NCBI GenBank assembly: GCA_032718475.1
Contig: JAUCBJ010004353.1
Coordinates: forward strand, 42,005 to 106,004
Direction: 5' to 3'
Length of the DNA stretch: 64,000 nt
DNA from: Nemertoderma westbladi
Taxonomy: Eukaryota; Animalia; Xenacoelomorpha
In this document: positions 35,436 to 46,800 of the stretch, piece after piece
Position numbering within the stretch: position 1 is the first letter of the stretch
Layout: every line of letters begins with the position of its first letter
The notes under the pieces: generated by a model
What the model saw: the letters and a program-made list of their open reading frames with translations, nothing else
Told to the model about the DNA's origin: nothing
Database searches by the model: none
Program-made: the position numbers and the translations under genes

Positions 35436-38400
35436 TTACGTTGGGGAGTCCCTAGATGTTTGTTGGATTAGGGAGGTGGTCGTGGGAAGAGTATCTTGCC
35501 TTCCATAGTTTCCGGACAGTTCTCGGTCTCTTTCCAGTAAACATAAACGACCAACTGGGAGATTGAGTTGTTGTGTTTCGAATACAATTCCAGGTTTCCT
35601 CTTCGTCCTGGAATAGTGACGATAGAAACATCGCTTCAAATACACGACGGCCTTACAAAGCCGATTCCAGGATCTATAGTGGTCCATCGAGGTGAGAGTG
35701 AGAGGTGAGAGTCCCGGCGAGACGTCTGGTGTTCCAGATCTCCAGTCTCTCTCTCTGATCTCCACAACAGATAGGTTCGCGGTGGGGGAGTTTAGATCCA
35801 CAGCGTCGTCCCTGGCAATGTGTAGTACAGACAGATCTATCACGGGTTTAAATAACCTTGATTTACTCGTCCGGGTTTTAGGTTTGACTTTCTCCGCTCC
35901 CTTGGCTTGTCTAATCTCAGCCGTGGTAAGATGGGGAGGCCATTCATCTTCTTTACTTAGGAAGTCGGGTCCACCTAACCAGTCTGGAGTGTCTGTCAGT
36001 TCTTGAGGAGTTGCTCCTCTGGAAGCGATGTCGGTTAGATTAATCGTCTCGGGGCAATGTCTCCATTGATCTACATTAGAGTTAATATCGTCATTATCTG
36101 AGGAGTATGGTGTTCCCTCAGTTGGGTCATCCACCTCACTGCTCTCCGCTTCCCATCCACTTACTTGGTAAACCCGTTCCTTGGGTAACCTTTCCATGAG
36201 AGTTCTACGGGAAGGGCCAGTAAAGTACCAACCTACTCTAGTTCTTCCCGCATAGGCTTGTAGTGGTTGCGGTTGAGCAGGCCGTTTCTCCAATGTCTCA
36301 AGCGCCTCATGCGCATTTTGGCCGATGAGTATTTGCACTCCAGGGTAGTCTGTGTTGAATCTAGGTATCTTAAGCTGCTGGGTGAAATCGTCCTCATCCC
36401 AGTTATAAGGTTCTACTTGGCTGGTAGCGAAGTTCTTTATCGCCACCATTTTTACTGACCTTATACTGTGTTCTCCTAGTTCATCCTGGGGGGTGGACAA
36501 CGCACCTACATAATAATCTGCTATTACTGTAGATTTCCAAACCTGCATAATTCCTGACATGTTTAACTCAGTTCGGAACTTGGGTTGTCCAGCAAAGATG
36601 TCTTCGGCTAGTTCTTTGTCTATGAATGTTCCTGTGCTACCGGAGTCAAGGAGGGCATTCACTATATAACTCCTTTCAGGTCCGTGGACCCTCAACTGCA
36701 CTACGGGAAATTCTCGGATTCCTACATTGGAAGTTGATGCTTTCCAAGATGGTTGTTGGTCAGAAGTAGTTAGGGGGAGCTCGCTGTCGGTGTCCTTTTC
36801 ATACGTAAGTGCTCGATACACTGCGGTATTTATCAGGTAACAGGATTCGTCTTCGTCGGAGAATTCGTCCGTATAGAATCCTTCCATCTCAGAACTTTGG
36901 TCAGTGTCGTTCACATCACTGAATTGGACATGTAGTTCGGACTCACTTACCTGACTCGGGCTGTTTCATTCGAATTCAGTGTGCAACGAGATATGATGTT
37001 TTGCGCCGCACTTTGCACACCTTGCGTCGGAGTAACAGGTTCGCCGTTGGTGTCCTTGTCTGAGGCAATTATAACACAACCGCTTATCCCACATGACTTC
37101 CCGTCTATCCTTTAATGATTTCTTTAGGAATTCATCACACACATTCAAACGGTGGGGCCCGTCACACAGCGCACATTTCGGTTTGATGTTACTTACCTTA
37201 TTTTGAGTAACGTTGTGCACACTCGTTCTTTCTTCGGGCTTTCTTACCTGAATTCTCTTAGGAGACGTAGGAGGGGTTTTTCTTACCTGTTCTCTCCTGT
37301 CATTGGTTCGAGACTTGAATTTACTTACGTCTTTAGGCGTTTTGTTGACATAATAAGATCTTTCAGTGTCTTTCCCGCTGTCTTCTTCTTGAGAAGCCTG
37401 GCTTTCGCCATCGTCGGTATAACACACTGGTGTTACCTTTCTCCTAGAAACGGGTTTCTCACTTACCTTGTTTTCCGATGTCTTCTCTCTGGACTGCTTT
37501 AGGAACTGTAATTTCACTTCTCCATCTAAGAATGACATGAGATCAGCCATGGTAGGGTCTCGTCGTTGCTGTTCCATCATATATAACACTTTCTTATCCC
37601 AGCGTGTACCTACTCCACCCTTAGGTAAAGTAGAGGCTACGGCTCCAATAACCATAGAACTCTGATATTCATGAGACTTACCTAGCCAATCTAATTGTCT
37701 ACAGATCTCCTGAATCTCATCGGAAAACTCTATAATCCCGCTGCTAATGAACTTTCGGGGGGCTACCAATTTTGCATACAAATACCTAGCTATGTTATTC
37801 CTATTACCATACCTGATGTTTAGTGTATCCCAAACTTGTCTTAATCCATCTGGATGTCCAATAAACTTGGGCATCCATTAACTTGGGAGATCCTTCCAAG
37901 CACTCGATGAGGAATCTAAGTTTCTCTCCGTTAGATAGCACAGAGTTCTGTATGTTATCTTTGTAATATTCATTAAAAGGTAACCATTTCATCTCATCTC
38001 CATTGAACTTGACGATCTCTCCCACCTTTACCGCTTGATGGGCAATCGTGTTATTTAATATTGAGTTATCGGTATATAAATTTCTCGGATTATGATCAGG
38101 TCTATATGGAATATCATTGTCAACAGGTTTATAATTACCCTTAATAGGGTTTACTATAGGAGTTTCCACTTCACTAGCAGTATAGATGCGTGTAGGCTCC
38201 ACACCTTGCGCATGAAATACTTCAGACCTATCAGGTTGACACATTGTTACAGGGGGTGGTGGTATACCCTTTTGTGTATTTACTAATTTATCGCGTTCTA
38301 ACGCGATACTTTGCTGCACTTCTTGCAACTCTAACCTACTTTCCCTTACTGTTCCCTTAAACTGATGAACAGTCTCCTGCATCTGCCCGAGCAGGAGATT

Positions 38401-39924
38401 CATCCCTCGCCGCCCCTCATCCACCCACTCGACCGCCGAAGCGGGAGCCGCCAACATAGTAGCGGGCAGATGAGAGACGACGGGCGATAAATTCTTGATA
38501 TCTCGCTCGGCGTCCAGGACGGGTTCGGACTCGGGAACAGTCCTACTGGGCACAGGTAGTTTAGTACTGTGCAAAGGGAATTTAGAGGTAGGTTCTGGGA
38601 GTACAGGTGTCTCTATCACCGAAGGGGTGGCTTCGAGAACAGGCCTAATTATTTCAGGCTCATCTACTATAGTAGGGAGTCTTTCTATTTTAATTATTTG
38701 GTCTGTGGGTTCTGTACTACCTAAGTCTGTGCTAGCTAGTTGCCTTCTAACAGCTGGGGGCAAATCAGGCAATTTCTGACGGTGGGACATTCTTCTACGC
38801 CTACTTAGACGAGATCTATTTCCTCCGCCTTCAGGATCGGTGGTATCGCCTTCATCAGAGGATGTAAATCCCTGTCGTTTGGGAGTAGATCGACTCATCA
38901 TCTGCATTTGACTAGCTGTTAACTGTTTATTGAAGTTGTCTTGCCTCTCTTGAAGATTTTCCAACTCTAGTTGGGTTGTCTCTTCAGATGCCCTCCGTTC
39001 TGCTTCTGCCACTGCCGCTTTTCTTTCTGCTTCGGCCGCTTTTCTTTCCGCTTCTGCCGCTGCCACTGCCACTTTTCTTTCCACTTCGGCCGCTTTTCTT
39101 TCCGCTTCTGCCGCTGCCACTGCCGCTTTTCTTTCCAAGTCGGCCGCTTTTCTTTCTGCTTCGGCCGATTTTCTTTCCGCTTCTGCCGCTGCCACTGCTG
39201 CTTTTCTTTCCACGTCGGCCGCTTTTCTTTCCGCTTCTGCCGCTGCCATTGCCGCTTTCTTTTCCACTTCTGCTGCCTTTCTTTCCGCTTCTGCCTCTGC
39301 CGCTGCCGCTGCTGCTGTCTTTCTGTCTTCTATACGTTTTTTCTTTACTTGTTCTTCTTGAACCTTAGCGATGCGGATGCTTTCATCAAATTTAGCTTGG
39401 TTCGCAGCTGACATTTCCGCATCTATTGCGTCCAGCACAAACTTAGCTCCTTCACTATTAGGGCGAAGTCCATCCAGCCTTCTCCTCAACTCTTCGTCAC
39501 CTAGAAAGCGTTGATAGTCTGGCAGATAGATGTCAATAGCATCCCTCTTATGCGGTTTCTCTGCTGTCGCTTCGCTTTCCACTTGAGAAAAGGTAGCGTC
39601 TGTTGATTCTCCATGGGTTGAGCGCTCAGCCAGCTGAGATTTCCACTGGGCCATTCCTTGAACCTTGAGACTCACCCGCTGGAACCAAGTCTTTACAGCA
39701 ACTTGCAACGACGTGTCTTGTCTCCTTTTCGAAGCTTCCTCAAAGGCCGATAGGATTAGTCTGATTCTTAGAATTCTTTCTCTAACTTGATAAAGCAGCT
39801 CTTCCTGCTCTTGAGGTCCTTGGGGTTGTCGAAACATGTCTGGTTTGGTTATGCCCTGGTTTGGGATACGCGATATATGACTGCTGTAGTTCATTGAATG
39901 ACTGTTGATATCTAAATATTTCAT
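35436..39924 (-). pseudogene. Gag-protease fused to pol remnants
   Basis: ORFs 37804-39924, 36966-37874 and 35436-36914, separated by a frameshift (~37875) and a stop (36966). Deletion junctions at ~36080 and ~35600. Confidence 0.9.
38990..39320 (-). repeat. Coding repeat (EAERKAA)n, coiled-coil-like, in Gag N-terminus
   Basis: Iterated GAAGCGGAAAGAAAAGCGGC units. Confidence 0.9.
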
Positions 39925-41329
39925 TCAAAATTAAATATCGGATTAGAATCTATTAGGGTGTAATTTTGACACTTTCCAATATTATAGAAATCGGATTTAC
40001 TAAAACGATTCCCATTATATTCTTATTATGTTCCAGATAACACCCCATGAAGTCAATATTCCCCGTAGATGAGGCTCCTTTAGTAATTATACTTATATGC
40101 GCGGCATTGCGCGGCATATATCCGCACTAGCTCTGTAGAGCTATGGCCTAGTCTAACTTGTGCTATGGTTTGTGCTTACGTGAGAAAATATAAATTAACG
40201 ATTAACGATTAAAAAAATTAAATTAGCGGAATTTGTTTAAATAATGACAACTATCCATTGCATTCCAAAACAATAATTAAAATTACCATCAATTATAATT
40301 CACATGTACTGTATTTCAATCATTTAGGCCTAATTACCAGTCGAGGGAGCGCTGAACCCTTAACCCCCCCCCCCCCCCCCCCGACCCCTGCTGCTAAAGG
40401 GCGAGGGCCACTAAGTTGTCATTAAGGTGGGTGAAAATTTTTCAAAAAAGTGATTTTTAATTTTCAGTTGGATTAAGATCGAAATTTTTTGCTGATTTCC
40501 AATATGCAAACAGAATTTTGACATCACAATTAGTTATGTAATGGCAGTGCATTATTTGAGGTTGTGTCAGCATCCTATCCACAACAAAAAAAAACTAAAA
40601 ACATCGTCCTAAGTTGTTAAATTTTGTATATATCAAGCGCATTAACTACTGTATAATTTCGTTTTTGAACTTCCCTCCCCATTTAAATGTATCTAATAGT
40701 AATACATTGGTGGGAAATTCAAATTATATATCCAATAGGCCTACTTACAATAATACTGTATTATTCATGTCCGGTTTGCTGATTGAAAATCAATACTGTC
40801 GTACAACTACTGAACTATTCCTGTAAATCTGATACTTCAGTTTTGGTTTGTATTTCTATTTCTAGTAATTATTTTATAATGCCAAGGATAAAAGGACCAG
40901 CCAAACTTGCGACGCAGAACGACAGAGGATGTATGGGGCAGTTTCATTCTGCGCTACCGGTATCTAATACCGGTACCGGTAGTACGACTACGGTATCATG
41001 TAGAAAGTTGCCACACGCTGGGACTGGAAGTGTTACGATATATGGCGCTGTGTACTACTACCAGCCCACTATACAGTATAAAATATTTAGATAAGTCATA
41101 ATGATGTACGGCCGTAATTAGATAGGGACAATAAAATATCCAAGTTTATATATCTCATCCATTTTTTGTATAGTATGTAGTTTGCGTACGTAATTTTATA
41201 ATAAAACCTTAATAAATAACATTTATGGTAGCACGTTCCTATAAAACCTTAATACGAACTTGCCGTTTATTTCTATTGATCGAATTGATTGTGTATTTGT
41301 ATTAATTTCCATTTATATTTCCCTTTAAT

Positions 41330-42146
41330 ATTCAGAAAATGCCCCTAATTTTTTATTTAAACATATCTTTATAGGTTTTCTGGGCCGCTGAATCGATTGA
41401 AAGGAATATAGAAGCCTGAAGACTTAGTGGTTCGCCATTTTTGGTGCACTAAAATTAGGTCGTGGCACTTGAAATTTTGAATAATACGAGATTCGGAAAA
41501 TAAACCACAATTGAAATTTTAACACATTTATATAGGTTTTCTACACCGCTGAATCGATTGAAAGTAATATAGAAGCCTGAAGACTTAGAGGTAAAATTAG
41601 GGCGTGGCACTTCAAATTTTGAAAAATGAAATGAAAAATTTTGGTGCACCAAAAATGGCGAACCACTAAGTCTTCAGGCTTCTATATTACTTTCAATCGA
41701 TTCAGCGCTCCTGAAAACCAATAAAAATGCTTCGAAATCAAAACTTTAGTAAACTTTCCGGATGAAGTAATTTTTAAATTTTAAAGTGCCACGCCCTAAT
41801 TTTGGTGCTCCAAAAATGACGTACAACGACACTTACATACTTGTATAGAGCATTAGAGTGATCCAAACCAATAAAAATAAATAAAAATATCCCAAACATA
41901 AATAATTACTAAATCACGAATGACTTTGTAGAATTCGAAAATTTCAAAAAATTTGGTGCTGGAGACCAAATTTTGAGGTGGCACCCACATCGAAAAGTAG
42001 AAATCCAATTGCAACGTCGTTTTTGCGGCATTAAATTTGGCTAATTCTCAATAAAAATTGGGCCGGTACGTAATGTGGTTGTATAGTTACAGCAACTAAA
42101 AACTAGGAAGGGGCCGATTCGGCCCCTCCCCCCAGTGGTAATAGGG
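41330..42146. mobile_element. Right end of a TTAA-type (piggyBac-like) non-autonomous element with internal inverted repeat
   Basis: Ends GGGGCCGATTCGGCCCC..TAATAGGG|TTAA (42147-42150). 41373-41456 is inverted at 41636-41719. TTTGGTGC motifs as in 19256-20817. Left end not found. Confidence 0.6.
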
Positions 42147-43800
42147 TTAATGCTGTTATTCTGCTTCTGTGTTTTTTCTGATTTGAATTCTTTGCTTTTC
42201 TTTCTTCAATTACTTAAATTTGATAATGATTACTTCTAATTACAATCTCGAACTATGATTTCTACATTTAATTCCTGATTTCTATGTAATTGAGATGCGA
42301 TAATCCTACGGGATTTCTCTTAGACTGTCAGACTGTTTGTGAATGCATGCGCCGCTACGGTAGCTATTTGTTTTAACATGGAGGGATAAAGTACCAGTAG
42401 GCGTGGCGGGCGCACCGGGGGAAGCGAGGCAACCAAGATCCAAAGCGAGGCAACGCTGACGGGGGCCACCATTGCGGTCGGGGCTAGTCAGTTGAGGACC
42501 GGGGACCAGCCGCTGTACAGTATTAGGGGGCTGACGATCCAGATTTTGTCTCTACCTTGTTTAGGGGTTTAGTTGGTGTTTAGGGGTGTTTAGGAGTCCT
42601 AAGTATGGCTTTGGGTGACCTGTGGTTCTTACACTGATTGTCTGACTGACTAATACTGGTATACTGATGTACTAACGTACAGGTATTTAGTGCACTAGCT
42701 GATTGGTGTAGTTAGGGCTATATGCCGTATTACTAGCTTATTGCTACGCTATTTGTGTTGTGTTGCTAAAGAGTGCCTGATTCTTGAATGTGAATGCTTA
42801 GGTAGGCGCTATTTCCCTTGATTGATTTCCATTTCTTAGTTTATGCTTATTGATTGCTGATTTGGTCAAAATAATACAGTATTTAGGCTGTTGCTAGTAT
42901 AACCCAGTATGTAATTAGAAGTACGTATTCTGGAATATCTAGTAATTAGTACGCAAATTTGTATTTATGACTGTAATTAATTTAGCGATATAAAATTAAA
43001 TAAGAATTTGTACGCAGCATAGCGGAGAGTAGTTTAAGTGATTATTTAGAATACCGTAGACTATTCACGCTAGGCGGTTATTTGAAAATAGCGGGGCTGA
43101 TAGCAGTGTCCAGCAGTATACAGTACAGCAGTAGTAAGTTTGCTGGTCTAAAACCAGCCAAAGGCCAAGTTTCGACATAGGAAATTAAACAGATCTGTCC
43201 ACGTAAATTATTAAAATATTCTCACATTCAACGTGTTCTGCCAGTGAATTTCAGTATTTTACGATAAGTGAATCTGAGTGCTAGGTCACCTACACTCGTT
43301 TTAAGTAGCTTAGGGAGCCGATTCGGGTTTATTGTTTTGGTTATTCCCACGTGGCTCATAGATTCGAACAGTTAGCTCTCTGTCGAGCGATCGACAGAGA
43401 AAGGAGCAAGCGATTTTGTAGGAGTATAGAAATTAATAGTAAAACATATTAGCGGAAGCCCGATCAGCGCCACCTAGCGGTAAGAAGCAATTTCGTGTTT
43501 TGCTGCTTGCGGAAGCTGTATTATTCAATAGTAAGAACCCACTCCTGATCGCGCTTGTTTAACAGTGAGAACCATTGTATTTTGCTGTTGCCTTGCAACA
43601 GTGATAAGCATTTGTTTGCTAATCGCAGAAATAGCAGTTCATTGGGCTATAGGGTAATTGGAAATTAGTAAGTTTTTGAAAATTTTAGCTAGGTTTGTGA
43701 GAATTCAGTTTCGGCCAAAATTATTTATATAATAAAATTTAGAGTTTTGTACCGGTATGTTAGATAACCGCTTAATTATTTTATACCATCTGGAGATACA

Positions 43801-46800
43801 TGGCGAGACGGAGCTTCAGAGTTTGGGGTTTGTGTGGGCCTGCGGGTTCAGTTTGCAATCAGCGACGAGACTGAAACCTAGGACGGGATGTGGAATCTCA
43901 CAGCAAACAAGGTTAGTTGTTCTGTTGATACCATTGTATTTGTGGAAGCAGTAAAAGATTACTGGTTGTTTAACTACGAAACTGAACTCAATTTATTAGT
44001 TAGGATAGTTAGGTTTAGCCGGCCATGGTGTTTTGGATCGCTCAGTTGGAGAGAGAGAGAGTGAGAGTGTCGCAACCTAAGGGTGTAGCCACGCGCTAGT
44101 GGATATATATAATATTTAAAAATAAAATTACGTTGATTTGAGCTATATTTGAAGTTAGAAATATTTGGGTGACTAATTCATTTTTTTGAATTTTTTGAAT
44201 TAGATTCAGAAAACATTTTCGTGTTATACCGGTATTTAAATGCTGTATAATAGCTATAGAGCAATATTTTCGTTTAAATATTATACCGGTATTTACTATA
44301 ACTATATACTTAAATTCGCAATATTGTATTCCGAATTTATTCTTTGTATTTTGACATTTGAGACCAAATAAAATATTTGGTAAATAATTTAATCGTATTT
44401 CGATTAAATTAATTATATCTCGAATTTTTGCGAAGATTTTAGCCGGAAGGCAAATAATTATATACTTGAACAATGAGTGTCTCAGAGAAGGAGGCACCAA
44501 AGGACAGTTATGAGACAGCGGCCAGACCGCCAACTGATAACAGTGTTGACATAACTGTTGATGACAATGCTGACTATGGCGACGCAGCGAGTGACGCTGA
44601 CGTAAGTGAACAGGAGGACGAGACAGTGACCAGTGAGGAAGAGCAAGGTGAGATAATATTATTAGGATCCCCTACCATACTGTAAGGAAGGATTGCACAG
44701 CAGCCCGCCCAGAGGTGAGTGATAGGGAAGGTAGTCTAGCAGGAGCGAGAGCCCGGAGCCCGGTTTCCAGACCTGTGGGTATGGTAAGTGCCGTGGCCCC
44801 AGCGGCTGTAAGGAGTACCCGCAGTTCCCGCAATAATCCCTCAAGTCCACCGAGTGTGAGTCAGGTAAGCGAGAGAGAGATAGACATCGCGATAAAGAAG
44901 AAACTTCGCGCGCATGCCGGACATATAACCCGGACAACGGACAAGGTAAGGAAGATGCTAGCTGACTCCGGTAACATCGGAAGGGAAGGGTTAGTAGAAC
45001 TTAGAAGGGGATATAACTCAGCATTATTTAGGCAGACTGAGGAGCTTGCAGTCCTAGCGAAGAGAGCAGTTGAGTGACATAGCGACGAAGGTTTACGACA
45101 GGGCTCTGGTGGCCTTGCTGGAGCGCCGCAGATTATCGGAGTGATTCCGGCGAGTTAGGACAGAAAATTGGTTGCTCTGGGCATCGCAAGCGCAGGTGAC
45201 TCAGGTAAGTGACGCGGAGTTGAGGAACTTAGTGGAGTGGGAAGAGACTCAAGACAAAGAAGAACGTAGATACCAGAGGGAAGTCACCAATTGGTTGATG
45301 CAGAGTGGAGTAGTAGTACCGGATCAGGTGTTACCGACGACGGAGAATATCCAACAGAGGACGCTAACTGCGCCCGACGACGAATCCAGAAATAGTGGAG
45401 ACTCTCAGGTTAGTCACGCGCGAGGAAAGGTTATATGTGCCAGATCCCTAGTTTCTCACAACTCGGCGGAGGATAGAAGACGACAACTAGATGAACAACA
45501 GGCAGAGGTCTTACGTGCAGCGGAGGCCAGGAAGGAAGCCGAACGAGAAAGGGAGCGCAAACGGAAGTTAGACGCAGAGCTGCGAGAGTTGGAGGATATA
45601 ATAAATAAGCGTGAGTGAGCCAAATGCGAGCGAAAGGAACGCGAACTCCAGGCCGAATGCGAGCGCAAGGAACTCAAAAGCGAACAGAAGGAACGTGAAC
45701 TTCAACTCGAACACGAGTGAAAGGAATGCGAACTCCAGGCCGAACGCGAGCGCAAGGAACTCGAATGCGAACAGAAGGAATGCGAACTTCAACTCGAACG
45801 CGAGCACAAGGAACGCGAACTCGAGATCGAAAAAAGGAAGCGTGCATTATATGAAGAAAAGGCGCGGCTGGAGGAAGAGAGCGCAGCGAGACTTGCAAGA
45901 GAAGAAGAACAACGCAAACTGGCACAATTAGAAAGTGCGAGACTAAACTTAGAACTACTAGGATCGGCATGCTGCATTGCAGCTGCATTTTTAAGAATGC
46001 TGTGCCGGCTTGTCAACAAAATAAGAAAACGAAGAACGAACAAGGAAGGTAAATGAAATTGCCGAAAGGGGGATGCGAATGATCGAAGAATGTGGGGCGA
46101 GTGTAGGTACCGAGTTGCGTGACCTGTTTGCGCAGCAGAAGGCTGATCAAGAGGCGAGAACTCCGGTTATACGTGAGTCAATGGTGACCAGAATTCCTAT
46201 ACCCGGTCCAACTATTATGAGTACTCGGATCGCTAAACAATTTTCTGCATATTGCACGCCAGTTGGAATTAGTGCTTCACCAATCGCGCAGGATCCGCGC
46301 CATCTGGAGGGTGCGTTGCGGCGCGATTATTATCGTGACGAAGAGGAGTTTGTAGAAGAAACTCCTAGAGGATGAGTATTGGGCGAACCAAACCCGCGGG
46401 TTTGGAAAATGCGGATGGATTGCCGACCCAGTTCGACGGAGAACTTCCAGGTTAAACCGGAAGAGGGATCATATGAGAGACAGCGGATTACCCAAATAGA
46501 GCCGACAGCTCAGCGGAATCCTAGCCAGGAGTTTATTACGAGGGAGGAGTTAAGTGCCAGTTTAGTGCAAGCTATATCGCCGCATATCCAACCTATAACG
46601 GACATGCTTAGTAACTTACAGTCAAAGGAAGCAGCTCAGGTAAGAAGTAATTCTAATCATAGCAGACCAGAGTTAGATAGAGTCCAACCTGGCACGCGAG
46701 TATGCATATCGGAGGCAACAATACCACCAAGACCTCAGGTAAGAACGCCCATCCCTACGATCCATATCCCGATTTCGAACACTCGGCTGAGAGATTTATA

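Larger units (their letters stand above)
29564..39924 (-). mobile_element. Bel/Pao family A copy 2, internally deleted (no RT, RNase H core or integrase core), with accessory ORF
   Basis: Near-identical to copy 1 over gag/PR and the 3' spacer; LTRs not identifiable. Confidence 0.88.

Noticed and set aside
38971-39411. Cys/Phe/Arg-rich and Leu/Pro/Phe-rich + strand ORFs
   Set aside because: Antisense shadows of the EAERKAA coding repeat.
42150-43800. 5' LTR of Bel family C
   Set aside because: AATAAA at 43731 and ACA|TGGCGAG are suggestive, but there is no second LTR or TSD to define it.
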